Source of the DNA: Podarcis vaucheri
Taxonomy: Eukaryota
Length of the DNA stretch: 64,000 nt
Reading direction: 5' to 3' (one strand)
Assembly (NCBI GenBank): GCA_965113315.1
Contig: OZ220374.1
Shown here: piece by piece, positions 1 to 64,000 of the stretch
How positions within the stretch are numbered: position 1 is the first letter of the stretch
How the letters are laid out: the number at the start of each line of letters is the position of its first letter
Made by a program: the position numbers and the translations under genes
Notes under the pieces: model-generated
Databases searched by the model: none
Told to the model about the DNA's origin: nothing
What the model saw: the letters and a program-made list of their open reading frames with translations, nothing else

Positions 1-112
1 TCACTTTTTAACACCACAAATGCTCTCATTTAGTTTTGCCCTGCTTTCTTTGAACTATAGCCCTTTGAGAGAGCAATAATGCGGTAGCATTGGGGAAACA
101 TCACAAAACAAA

Positions 113-370
113 GGGCTCATCCACAGTTGTCCTGCGATTTCTAGGCACGGGTTCAAGAGTGCTTTCCCCCCTCTCTTTTGTCTTGCTGCTTTCTCTGTCT
201 TGTATACTGCTGAGTTGGAACAAATGTCAATTGGGTTTTCTGCAGATTGACATTTTCTCCAATTCAGCAGTAAACAGTGGGTTTTCTCAAGGAAAGTAAA
301 GGGACAAAAGAAAAACGTCTCAGACCTGCGCCTAGAAATCACACGGCAAGTGGAAGTGTGGGTGAGCCCA
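113..370. repeat. Long degenerate palindrome (foldback)
   Basis: 205-231 pairs with 246-272 (24/27); 127-158 pairs with 318-349 (24/32); gggctcatccaca pairs with tgtgggtgagccc. Confidence 0.8.
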
Positions 371-1578
371 AACTGAAGCAGATTATTGTGTTAAGAACAT
401 GTTGCAGAATAAACCACTGTAATAAAAGCACCAGCCTGAAGGAGATGTCAGTTTTCAGCAGTTAGTTTCCCAGATTAAAGCCTTCTCATCATTTGCAACG
501 CCAAGAGTGGGAAAAGCCACCAGTGTTCAAGAAGGAAAAAATATTGGACTCAGCTGAAGTTTGATATCTTAAAGAAGAGTTTTCCTTTCTTAACATTTGC
601 TAGCCATAACTGTGTGTTTTAAGGGTTTCACGTTTTAAACAATCCAGTATAAAATTTTGACGTAAATATCTAAAGAACACCTGATGATCTTTTCATCTGC
701 TGTTCTTTGAAGCTATCACACCACACTCCAATACCAAAGATTTACAAGGCCACCTTCACGTTCCTTCTCCCGTCTTATGCCTACATGTGTCTGCTACACT
801 CTGCTGTTCTTCAATATAACAAGGTGTGATATAACAAGCTTACAGGTGTAAGCATGCCACTGAAACTGTTAATGCCACATTTGAAAAAAGCAGATTGCTA
901 ACATTTAGGACAACGGCCATTTTACTCAGAGTTAATATCTACACTTATATAGAAGAACTGCACTTTTTTTAAAAAAATATAAGCATGAAAAACTTGCCAG
1001 CTGCACAAGAGTTCTGAAGCTTTCATGTCGCAGGAGCCTGTCTTATACATCAGACAAGCATATAAAAGAGGCTTAGGGGGGAATTTAACAAAGAAAAAGA
1101 ATATCCAGGTGGTTTTTAAACTAGAATACAATAAAGGGCTGGGTTTAGAGAAGTGTAAGTACTAAGCAAACAAATTGAGAGATATAGTAGGAGAAGTAAT
1201 ATTAAAAAAAAGGAGAAAAATTATATGTTTTATTTGAAAGCATGGGTGGGAAAGCCCGTAAAATCAGCCTGGCCTGCTTTGTCTTCCCTTGCCCCCCCCC
1301 CCATATGTACCACACACACCACACTAAGCCATGTGGGTGTTAGAGATACCTATAAAGCAGTTAAATATGAACACACACAGAATTTGATTTGGCTGCATCA
1401 TCCTCTACTGGCAGAATGGTTTATCTGCACTTTCAAGGTCATCTAACATCCAGGACCAACCATCTCTCTTGAGTTAGATGTCAGAAGTGGATCTGAAAGT
1501 CATTTGCTTATAAGATTTATGCCTTGGCCCTTCTCCAAGTCCCTCGTGGCAGTATATAAGGCTCTTTCTCATATTGTA

Positions 1579-1784
1579 GAAGAAGAAAAAGAGGAGGAGT
1601 TTGAACTTGATATCCCACCTTTCACTCCCCTTAAAAGTAAAGGGACCTCTGACCGTTAGGTCTAGTCATGGACAACTCTGGGGTCCAGTCTCCTTTGACT
1701 GGACTTAACCGTACAGGGGGTCCTTTACCTTTTTTTTTTTTACCTTACCTAATAATGGCTAAAGGTCACCCAGTGAGTTTCATG
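1579..1784. mobile_element. Composite SINE remnant: Squam3-like tail plus two oppositely oriented Sauria SINE 3' ends
   Basis: 1579-1632 matches the tail of 54760-55010; 1633-1683 matches the Sauria 3' end (minus); ~1697-1749 is a Sauria 3' end (plus) ending in ACCTTT/T-run. Confidence 0.65.
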
Positions 1785-3830
1785 ATATGAGTAGTCTCAT
1801 ACTAATAACATTATTGTTGTTATTATTTATTAAATTTATATATTCATCCGAAGATTCCAGGGCATCTCTGAAGATACTAGTTCTCATGAATATGGTGTTA
1901 ACACTATCATCTATTTCTTAGTCACGTCAGACCAGCTCAACCTGGGCAGGAAAATAAAAGATAATTTGGTGCCTCTTGGAGTCCTTTATCCCTTTTGTGT
2001 GAGTAAAAATGAGCATGCTGGTAGTTTGGCTGTCCCACAGGCAAAAGAATTTCAATTCTTGGCAGGTTCACATTCCTTTGTATCTGGCCTACATAAAGTA
2101 TTACCAAGTGGGCAAAAGAAACCTTTTTAGTTGAACAATTGCATTAATCTCTTGGGTGGGGTGGGGGGTAAAATCTTAACCTGAGTTTGTAAAGATGTTT
2201 TGCAACCTGGGTTCCGTCAGACTCCCAGCTCCAGCAACATAAGGAAAGGCAGTGTTTGGAAATACACAGTTCTAAGCTTCCTGAGATGTGTGAATGTTCC
2301 ACTTGTGTAGAACATATATCTTTCTTCACCTATAACTTCACTGCTACACTGCACAGGAAAATGCTATACTCATTCAATTAGGCAAGAAAGGAACTCTTGT
2401 AGGCATGCTTTTCCAAGGAAACTAAAATATCTACAGTCCTAACTGCAGTTGGAAAAAAGTTTTGTGGGTGCCCACATGCATGCAATTGACTAAGCAGTAA
2501 AGTATTTACTTGAAGTAACACACTTGTTAAGTTGGAGTCATTGTGACATAGTAAAAGTTTTGTTTCTATGTCGCAATTTTTTTGAAAAAGTATGTGGATT
2601 AGCTCAGTAAATCCATCCTAAGAAGTCAACATGCTGATTTAACTAAGCACTTTAACAAGAAAATGTGATCAACATATTATCAACATATACCCAGTTTTAG
2701 TCTGTTATCCAAATACATTTTGTGTCCCCTTCTAGGATGATAGAAATAATTATTGTCTTTGTTTAAAAACCAGTAAAAATTGTTCTTGTTTTTAAAAAAG
2801 AAATCACAAAACTGTCACCTATTCTAGAATCTCTAGACCCCTTATTGTAAAGGAAAACTTATTCAAAGATTTTCAATTAATTTCAAGACTCTCTCCCATT
2901 GTAAGAAGGCTACTTTCCCCCCTTTTGCTGTGACACATTAGAACATAGACATTGCTGCCTTAATTATGAAAATCTACCTTTATTTTTTCTATCTTTAGCT
3001 GATTAATCAACTTATTAAAGTATGCAATTCAAATTATCCACAGCACAGTAGCATGCAACAAGGAGAAATACTCTGCACCAATGGCGCATGAATCCAATGC
3101 ATGTAATACAAGCTATGGGCTTTCAGGAAGTGGTAAGAGAAAAATTGGACTTTAGGGTTCATCTTTAAACCCCTAGAGGTTTTCCAGAAAGAAAGTCTAC
3201 TCTAAATCAAGTGAAGGCTTCCAAGGTTCAGATGTTTAGAGCTGATTGTGAATATGCCATCATAGGGTGTGTGGTGACACCATTATTATGAAAAGCTCCC
3301 CAGAATATGCACTATGCAAGGAGAAACTTGCTGGTTTGCTGTTAAACTCACATGTTGTAATATGTTGCTTTTATTTTGTCATTATATTTTGTCATCACTT
3401 GTAAAATGAGGACAGAATCTTGTGCAATTTGTTTACACAGTCACATCTGAATTAGGGGTCATTTGTATTCTTTATATTTGCTCTGTGTGCAGATGCGGGC
3501 AATTACAGGACAAAGAAGAAAATCTTAAATCTCTGGACAAGTTAAATATTTGGGTCCTAAACATAAAAATATATACTGAGCTACCGGCCCCAGGCATTTC
3601 AGAAATGGCTCTGCTGCATTGACTAGTATGCTTCAACAAAATAATTGTTTTCTACAGCAAAATCATGGCTTAAGTTAGCTCTTTAAGTTGGTTCGTTCAG
3701 TTATGCTACTTATTTGAATGTGATAATGGTAACAGATATTGTAAGCACAATTTAATTTTTTTTAAGATGATAGATTTGAGTTCCTTATTTTTAAAAAAAG
3801 AAGCTTTCCCACAGTACATTTTGTCAATAA

Positions 3831-3836
3831 TTTATT
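3831..3836 (-). terminator. Candidate polyadenylation signal AATAAA for MPP7 (3'UTR about 1.9 kb)
   Basis: tttatt on + strand in AU-rich sequence downstream of the stop. Other hexamers exist (e.g. 5675-5680, ~3369), so the true end is uncertain. Confidence 0.35.
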
Positions 3837-5689
3837 GATTTAAGATTGATAAAGTTGCAATTCAGGCACATCATCTGTAAGTGAACTGATGACAACTTCA
3901 AGTATTGCTCTGAATCCAATAGTATAAAAACTTTTAACATTTGCTTTACAATGACAAAACAGCAAAAATACAATAAGGATATTTATGTTTAAAACCATAA
4001 AACCATTGTACTCAAACCCATGCAGTACAATTTTAAAAGGCTGAAAAAAGTCAGTTTCACTTTGAGCCAAAAATTGACTTAAGTTTTTCTGAACTATATA
4101 CCCATGCTATGTGTATGATCCAAGGCTCCACACAGTGTGCACACATAGAACATGCCGCAGCATTGGAGAGGACAGGCAACTCCTACTTATGCAAAGCTCC
4201 AGAGCTTTTTGGATCATGCTCTTATTAAAACAAAGGTGTCCAAGGTCACTGCAGACTCAGTTGCTGCTTCAAAGCTAGTAAACTCAAAGGATAGTAAATT
4301 CTCTCTTGACAAAAAGAACATGGGAAGCTTACAAAGATTAATAGTCTCAATTATTGCCAGTAAGAGCACAGTGCCGAAATGCTGTCTTTGGAGCGACAAT
4401 CAGGATGAAAGGGAGAGAGTTTCCTCTCAAACAGCATTCTGGGATGTCACAACATTTGAAACCTATATGCCCAATTTTCCCTTGTTTTCAAGAAAAATAT
4501 ATGGTAAGAATAGACTCACAAACTATAGCTGACAAACAGGACGAATGTATTTCTAAAGAAGTGTTTTGATCCTCTCATATACAAAATGTAGATATTGACA
4601 GATACCCAGCATTCTTGGCACTGGCTCTTGCAGTACGCACTGAATGTCAAAGACACATAATGCCTGCCAAACAAACAAACAAACAAACAACCACAGTGAT
4701 TTATTTAAAGCAGTACTGAAACACAGCCGGGAGGGAGGGGATCCAGTTCAGTATTTCTCATGCAATTAATTGGTGCTGAAGTACAACCATAGATCACCAA
4801 AAACAGTAAAACCTGAGACACTCAACATTACATGATGGATGTTCAGGGCCAGGCTACATGCGTCACTCTAGCACAAATGTTTCCAAAAGACGATATTTTG
4901 GTTGTTGGCACTTCCCTTGTATTACACAATTTTAAAACATGAATGCAATGAACCAAAAAACCAACCATCTATTTAGACTACATTTGCAAAGACCCTGTTA
5001 TCTTTGTTAGAATTACCCCAATCTAAGCTTTGATGCACTGCTTTGAATACTCCCCAAGGGTAATCTACAAATACTCAAGATGCAGAGCAATATTATTGCT
5101 TATTGAAAAGATCCAAGAAAGTTTTTCCACCAACATAAATAAAATTTGCTGTTGTGGTAAAAGTCAGTCTGGATGTGGAAGACAATACTCAGCACACACA
5201 CAAAATTCGGATTGAGCGTAAGCAAGTTCAAATATTTGTATTTTAGTTAAAGAAGTAGTAGCCACTTTTGCATCCCCAGTTTTAAAAATTTCAAGTGCTA
5301 ACTATTATCCAGGTCTGGAAGTAGCAAAATTGAAAGCCACTTAAACACTGATATCAGACCTTAAGACTTTTTAATATAAATGCTCAGCTTAAAGGATATC
5401 TCATACTGGATTGATGAAATGTGGTATCGTAATAGCTGAAGATTCACTTCAAAAACCAGTAAAATTGAATCTGGTAAAAAATAAGGCTTCACTGTGATAT
5501 TCTGCCTCCGAACCCCTATTCCAAACAGGAAGGTTTACACACAGAAAAATAAGATCAACATTCCACTGCACCAAGTTTGTAAATGCACCAGTTTGCCAAA
5601 GCTCGAAAAGCTTCCCACCAACAAAATGTCCATTTAGATCCAACTGAGTACCTTATTAAAATATTATGAAACATTTTATTTGTTTAGTG

Positions 5690-56744
<51,055 letters not shown>

Positions 56745-56823
56745 GGTTTAGTCTGTGAGCTGCAACAAGGACACACACTAGAACAGCGCTGGAGCCAGAA
56801 GGAGGTAGAAAGTTTCAGTTCAA

Positions 56824-56865
56824 TTACATGCAGCTGAGTTTTCTACGAGATTGAGGCAATTTCAT
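56824..56865 (-). promoter_or_regulatory. Upstream ORF in the MPP7 5'UTR (MKLPQSRRKLSCM*)
   Basis: ATG at 56865, in-frame ATG at 56829 directly followed by TAA at 56826-56824; ends 79 nt before the main ATG. Confidence 0.6.
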
Positions 56866-59277
56866 AGCAATCCTGGAAAGAACAGAAACATAACAAATAA
56901 TTATTAGAATTATAAGTTGCTGTAATTTGCCAATGTATATCTAACCTACTTTAGCAACTTAAAAACTATTTCTTCATACTACGTTATTTTAGGATCTTAA
57001 AAATAATATGTACTATCCAGATGGGGTTTCCTTTAATCTAAACTATGTGTAAGTTACAGCCACAAACCAAACAGTTGCTTGGGCTGGTGTAAGGGACGTG
57101 TGCTAACCTGGCAGATTATTTATTTATTTATTTTACTATGAGCAACTGACATCCTCACCCCCTGCATACAAAACTGCTTTTCGAATTCCACAGCATTTCA
57201 AAAACAACTTCCAATATAGTCTATTAAAGCAAAATATGTCTAAAAACCCATTTCCAAAAGAAACCTGGAGACTGAGCATTTGCCAATTAGAAATGTTTTG
57301 GTGTGGTTGTTTTTGTTTTGTTTCTTTTACAATTTGAGTACTTTCCACTAATACAAATATCTATAACCATCCTAACAGTCATCCCTATGGTATGGATCTC
57401 AACCATTCCAATGTATACTCACTCCAGAAATACAGATATGAAATTGTAAAATTTTAACTTAATGAATTTTTTGTTATTAGGATTCTTGTGTGCTTCTACC
57501 ACATGCTGAATGATCACTTCTCTGTAGAATTATCATGTTGAATATTAAGCCACAATTATTATCACACCCCTGCATTAAGACTGGCATAACAAGTAGTGTC
57601 CTCAAGTGGAGAGGATGAAGGAAAGAGAGTTAATTTTAACTTGTAAAAAATGTAATAAACGTAGAGTGACTTTAGCTTTTTCCATGGATATATTCAAATG
57701 TATTTTTGTGTCCACTATAATAGCTTAAGATAACTGCAACATTTATTTTAAGTTTTTAATCATTTTTGTCATTCCTATTAATGGAACTAGAGGCAAACAT
57801 GTTTTAATATACAAATGATCACATGCTAAAAGATTACTGAAAAGTAATCAAAGAAATATAATTAAAACCCATCATTTACTGCTGGCAAGAAATAACTTCA
57901 TTTCAAGCTCATTCTAAAGCACCATTTATTTGTTTGTTTTCACATAATTAAAGTCAGCTCTTTAACAGGCTTGTTTGACAGCCTACAAAATTGTTAGACA
58001 GAAAACTGGGTTATATCCAAGATAGAAGTTCAAATGTTTCATAGGATATTTTTGCAGAGAGTTTGATTATTAATATTCAATAGATAAATGGGCCGTTTGG
58101 GGATAAATCTATGGGCCTATATAACTCTGCACTGCATTGCGGTTATTGTGTTCTGGCACAACTCTATTTACACAGTCTTAAAACAGAAGAAGGCAGAATA
58201 TCTACACACAGATTTTTAATTTTTTTTAAGGCACTTGATGCCAGGCCAAGGACACACTGTACAAGTTTTGAAAAGCATCAATTCAGTTTGTCTTGGTGCA
58301 AGTGTAACATGCACAAGTCAAAGCTGGAAAATAAAATTTTAAGATCTGGGCCTAGAGAGTCACAAAGCTATCGCAGAATCAAACTAGTTATTGAAGCCAA
58401 CCACGTCTTTTAAAAATATTCTTTATTTGTTCATCCACTAGTTTTTTAGGCATATTCATTGAACCTACAGCAAAAGTGCATTATCTATATTAATAAACAC
58501 CTAGGTTGCAAAATACTAATTGTGATTGCAGATACTTAAGTTTAAAGACCAAAGCCTTAATAAATATATAAAACACTTAATATTAACAAGTGAGGATGCC
58601 ATTCCTCATTTTTTTCTTTATTGTGGTTAAATTCCTTGATATTAACTTTCAAAAACCCTTATTCTAAAGGGTTGTGTGGTATGAAGTTATTCCCCTCAGA
58701 ATCTCTATGTATATATTAGTGAAAATAAATGACCTGGTGAAATCTTTACCAGTTAAAAGCTTAATATTTTGTTGGAATGAAACAAGATTCTTTTCTCCAA
58801 AACTTGTAAATTAAGTTACATTTTTTCAGTGATGTTTGCTTTGGCTAAATTTGTTTCAAAATGCTTTGTAATTTTGTGTCAGAATCCAGCTATAAGTACT
58901 GCTGTCTGCTGCATGGAATCGATTTGCTGCAACACAGAAATACCAGCTGTTATAGTATGTCCTGAGAGGGATTACCGAATATTCTTAAATTGAAGTTCAA
59001 TCCATCTTTCCATAAAAACACAAGCAAAAGCCAGGAACGTAAAAGGAGTATCAAGTGCACCTGAGGCATTTACAATGCCCAATAGGACTGTTAGAACCAG
59101 CCCTTTAAAAAGGCTCATTTTTTGAAATTTCATTATTCCAGTTGTACCTTGCTTCTATATCACACTGTATCAGATTCTTCTGGCAACTACCATGTGGAAA
59201 CAGTGAAATATGTGAAGTTCAGTGACATGTTGAATTTCCACCAGGCCCTTAGTAACCTCTCAGGCTCCTGTAATACT

Positions 59278-59311
59278 TGTGACATCTAGTGGTTATGTGG
59301 AATGGTGCAGT
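59278..59311 (-). promoter_or_regulatory. CTCF-like site (core CCACTAGATGTCAC with upstream CTGCA...TTCC module)
   Basis: minus strand reads ACTGCACCATTCCACATAACCACTAGATGTCAC, resembling the extended CTCF consensus. Confidence 0.45.
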
Positions 59312-60009
59312 GGCTTTGATTCACAATATCTAATGACACAATAAGGACCCTTCATTCCCTTCTTCAAAAAATAAAACACATGTTTGGTAGCTTAAGAAAA
59401 GGCAACATCAGAAAGTGGCAATGTACCTTAAAGAAGCCAATCTATAATATACCAAGTACAATTATTCCTCTACAATAAACAACAGCTGCTCTTGCTACAA
59501 CACGTGAGCTTCTATATTAGAATGTATATAGCACACTTCCTACATATTTTTCACACAGGTATTTCATATGTCTTCTCAGAAATCCTTGCAACAGCTCTAG
59601 CAATATGTATGTCAACATTATCCCCATATCACCAATGAGAGACTAATCACAGATAAGCTGAAATTTGACTTCAGAACCTAATGCTCAGGCCTTCTATTAA
59701 CTATGCTACTATCATTTTGGGAACATTAGTGAAATTTTAGAATATGAACAGGATATTTGTTTACTTCAGTCATGCAAGCTGTTTCACACAGCACATAACA
59801 CGCATACAAGACCACAAAAGTAATCACAGCACTGAATTACTGGGGCAAAATTACATCTCTTTGAGAAGTTTATACTGCTTTCCTACACAACAGCAAGTCT
59901 TTTCTTGTCAATCACAAAAGACTTTTTAGGGCATGTTTGAAAGCGACTAGTCTTGTTTTCCCCTGCTGTATTTTGTAACTCTAGTACGTTATAGGACATT
60001 TCAGAATTA

Positions 60010-60455
60010 CCACACTTTTCCGTGTATAACGTGCCCCCTATTTTGGGGGACTCAAAATTAAGAAAGGGGGGAGATTCCCCAAAGTTATTGAGTTTTTTTG
60101 GGGGGAGGACTGCCCAGAACTGTTGAGCTATGGGGGGGGCAGAGTTGTTGGGCTTTTCTTAGGGGGGAATGCAATAAATCGCTCACCCGCCAGACCGACA
60201 ATGCTGCTCGCATTCATCGCCAAAGCAACCTATCCTCTGTCCCATCGCTGGAAAAAAAGTGCACATCGCCCGTCCAATTGCCGCAGCAACAGCCAATCAA
60301 CACCAGCCCTTGCCGCAGCCACCAATAACAATCTCCAACTCACGGCAGCAACCAATCCCATGTCCCCACAATAAGCTACACATGTATAAGACGACCCCTA
60401 ATTTTGAACATGATTTTGGAGTAAAAAAAATAGTCTTATACACAGAAAAGTACAG
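60010..60455. mobile_element. Tigger/pogo-like MITE (longer relative of 7090-7260)
   Basis: cttttccgtgtataac ... gtcttatacacagaaaagtacag; shares cccctattttggggg..aaattaagaaa with 7090-7260. Confidence 0.7.
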
Positions 60456-63400
60456 TAGTTTGCTCTAAGTACAGAACAACTTTGGGAAATGTGGAAATTT
60501 TACACACATCCGTAAATATGAACAGTTTTTGTCAGCTTTTCCTACAATTTTAAACTGGTATTAAATATAAAATCTGCTCCAGAACACAGCTGTGCTTGAA
60601 GACAACAGCTGATTTATACATTACAAACAAGCAGGGAAAAGATACATTGTTCTCAGTTCTTCCTGTCAACTGCTGTGAACTACCTCCAGTACCACAGACA
60701 CCATGCCCCTGAAACATCAATTGCTATGGATCACAAATAGGAGAATGCTAGTACACTCACGTCCTGCTTAAGGGCTTCCAACAGGCATCTGGTTGGCTAC
60801 TATGAGAATAGTATGCTGAACTAGATGGGTCTTTCAACTGAGCCAAAAGGTTCTTATTATATGTGTCATCCGGGGCGCCTAGATTTTGATGCAGCAAAAA
60901 TTACCACACAAGTCCCACTTATGGTATTCAAACTATTCCCCACTTCTAAAATGTATAAATCTGTACTTGAACTGCACCTGGGAAACAAAGCTTGAAAAGC
61001 CATTTATTAGAATTTCCCATTGTCACAATTATTTATTAGGATGGAATTTATTCTTTTATATTTCCATATCAGAAAACTGATAAAGTTTGACCTTTGCGGA
61101 TCCAACTTCCAAGACAGACACACAAAATTTACCTCACCTTAACAAAGCTACAAAACATGATTCTTACTTCTATTTGAGAAAGTCTAAAATCCCAAATCAA
61201 AGATAAAAGCCTAAAGCAAACATCTACTTAAAACTGCAACACTTAATGTTTTACTAAGTGGTGAAAACAGAAATCAAGTTCTAAAATGCTTGTTTTCACA
61301 CTTTTCTTCCCCTTCAGTAAATGACATGGGGTGGAAATTTTTCTGTTTTGTAAGTTCATTAAGAATGAGTGTGTGCCAATTACAAATAAATATTAGGCAA
61401 GCTTGCCAAGGTATTTAGTTTTGTTTTACTAAAAACAAGTAAGCTAAACATGCTAAATAAGATCACCCTCAAGTCTAGGGCTTCATAGGAAAAACTTCTG
61501 GAAAACTCACACTGCCCCCTATTTCACTTGAACCCTCCAAATTCCAATATGTTTTAAGCGAGGACAGTTTGGCACAATGCATATTTTACAATTTACTCTA
61601 TGTACTACCAGAGAGATTAACAGAGTCTGTTAACACAATCCCAGAGACACAAGTATTTAAATTCCACCACAGGACATTTAAAATTTACGTTGTTAAATTA
61701 CGTTGTTAAATTTATACATTTTCTGAGGGGTTTTTTATTTTGAGGGAATGAAACCGAAAATTGATTTAGTCATTTCAAATGCTATATCTATATATTTCAC
61801 AGAGAGCGCTTTGAATGCTTTTAAATTGATATGAAAGCAAAATTATATTAGGTCTAACAATTTAGCAAGAGTGCTCATTTGAAGCTGAAGCCTTTTTCAT
61901 GAATTAATTCAACAAGAGAAGTGGTGAATAGCATCCTGTTCATGCAGAAACAGAATATTTCCTTACGTCTACAGGTTCAGAGCCAAAAGTATTAAGCATG
62001 GTCACAGAGCTACTGACCCAATTCCGTTCTGGGAGCTTAAACACTCATGGAAAGGCAAAAAGCTCCATTTGTGTTTAGTTCTGCTCCTTTTCTATTTGAG
62101 AGCATAAAATTTTTATAATATAGTTTCCTACTAAAATAGGAAAATCTAATTCAGCACAATAATTTTTCTAAGTCCATAATGGTTTCAATACAGCATTGTT
62201 CATTTTGCTGAAATAACAAAAAGCCAGGAAATGCAAACATTAACTTGGAGCTCCTGCATATCCTGTATAGTCACAGTATACATTTCATAAGAGAAAATAG
62301 TACTATGAGGGTGAGGGGAGCAATCCAAGTATGCAACCTCCCGCTCCCCATTTAGTAGACTTTCTTAAAATAAAGCATATAAGCTTTCTTTTAAAAAAAA
62401 TGTTGCTTAAATTTGGCTTACACTTGTAACTCCTACTGTTATTAATAAATATTTAAAATTTGACTCTGGTCACCTGAAGCAGAAATTCCAGTAGTTTTAC
62501 ATTTTCTTCTAGACTGATTTTGTATGAATGGGACTTTTTTTCTTGCCACCATCATATTCTAAGCAGACAATAGCAATGGGGGAGCGCACCACATTCCTGA
62601 ACCACAAAAGCACTAAACACCTTTTACTGAAAGAGTTCAAGGGTCCCTCTATCTTGGTATTGCTTACACTGATTGGGATCAGTTCTCTGGGATTTCTGGC
62701 AACAGACATTCCCAGCCCTATATATACATTATATCTTGCTTTTGAATAAAGAAAACAAATAATTATACACAGAAATTTTCCTCTCTGCTATAAGCTATAA
62801 GCAGTGTAATTCCTTGTTTCTCAATGGAGATTCAATATATAATCTGTGTAGATATACCACTTTAAAGGGTTTAGTCACTAGGATATCACAACACACATAC
62901 CCCATACACACATGTTGATAACCTGCATTAAAATGAGCTCAGTAGTGTTCGTAAACTCCAGAGCCTGGATACTTGATAACAACACTGCAAAGGCTAATTG
63001 AATTTAGATGAGCATTTATTTGAGTTGTTTTCATTAGGCCATCCGCTCACCCCCATGCTCTAGACTGAATATGGAAAATAGGATCTTACATACTGTTAAA
63101 AATATCAAAGAACTGAAGTACTGTAGAGAGAAATGTAAATGTCATGCCCTAGTGGTCTATTTTAGCAGTAGTTTCTTTTGGCCAGAAGAGGGGGCCCACA
63201 CTCTGTGAGAAGCATAATTCCCTAAACACATTCGCACATAAAGCTGTATTTCTCTAAAGCCTGTCTCGGATAGCAAGTCCTCACAATCACAGGTGACATC
63301 TGACTGGCACCATGATCCACTGTGCCTGTAGCAAGTTGACTGGTTACCTCAGCCAAATATTTAAGTCCTAGCACAGTGGGAAGATGAAAAACAAATAGTG

Positions 63401-64000
63401 CAATAGACTTTAAGGCAGCTTGTCATGAAGATTACACAAATGAAAGCCAGTCTCAAAGAAGTGTCCAAGATTTCAAGGTAATGTACTAAGCAAATTTGTG
63501 GGGGAATGATGAAACCCATACTGGGGAAAACTGTTCAATAATGGCATGAACCTCTAAAACTCTTATACAGATAAATCTCCAGATTCCAAGGTGGCAATCT
63601 CAGAGCCTCTAACATTCTAAATGGCTTATGAACAAAGAAATTTGGTGTCCAAGTCAGAGCATGGTGCCCAGTCCATATGTAAGAAGGATAATACCTTTGT
63701 GGAGACAAGGACCCCAATAAAGAGCACTCCGGGAGGTCAATTTAAAAGATCGTTGTGTAAGAAAAATATGAAGGAATCAAATTCCAGCAATGGCATACTT
63801 TCCCACCCTGCACAAGACTGTGAGACACTTAAAAACAGGATGTCTAGCAGAAGATAAGGATTTGCCCATTTATTAGCTTCTAAGTTCTCTAGCAATGCAA
63901 GTTAAGCAATAACTTCAACATACAATAATATTATTGCAATTAACATTAACATAAATTCTCACAAAAAACTGACTAATACATAAATCTGACAGACTGACAC

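Noticed and set aside
4152-4532. 126-aa ORF on +
   Set aside because: Antisense to the probable MPP7 3'UTR; no recognisable homology
61138-61210. Possible extra 5'UTR exon (tttgctttag ... AAG|gtgagg)
   Set aside because: Splice-like borders only; no independent evidence for a non-coding exon
56873-64000. MPP7 promoter or first exon
   Set aside because: No CpG island or clear core promoter seen; probably outside the window

Overview
Vertebrate genomic DNA, AT-rich and gene-sparse. The repeat content (Sauria SINEs, a Squam3-like CORE SINE, tRNA-Lys/CR1-tail SINEs, TA-flanked MITEs) points to a squamate, probably a lacertid lizard (inference). The window holds the complete coding region of MPP7 (MAGUK p55 subfamily: L27-L27-PDZ-SH3-HOOK-GUK) on the minus strand. 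Sixteen coding exons run from the ATG at 56744 to the TAA at 5690, all with GT-AG introns and matching phases, and they sum to 1731 nt (576 aa). The first non-coding exon and promoter were not identified and probably lie beyond 64000. The most interesting signal is in the 12-kb intron between exons 11 and 12, in the HOOK region. It contains (i) a second 65-nt, phase-matched, stop-free exon that looks like a mutually exclusive partner of exon 11, and (ii) a chain of frame-preserving microexons (21, 12 and 42 nt) encoding an acidic insert that resembles the microexon-built HOOK of the paralogs MPP4/MPP3. Two of these microexons create a TAG stop if joined directly to exon 11, so their inclusion must be coordinated. 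Also noted: a uORF in the start-codon exon, a ~300-bp degenerate palindrome at the window start, a solo LTR, a CTCF-like site and many MITEs. Exon numbers follow my recollection of human MPP7. Comparisons to paralogs are from memory and need alignment.
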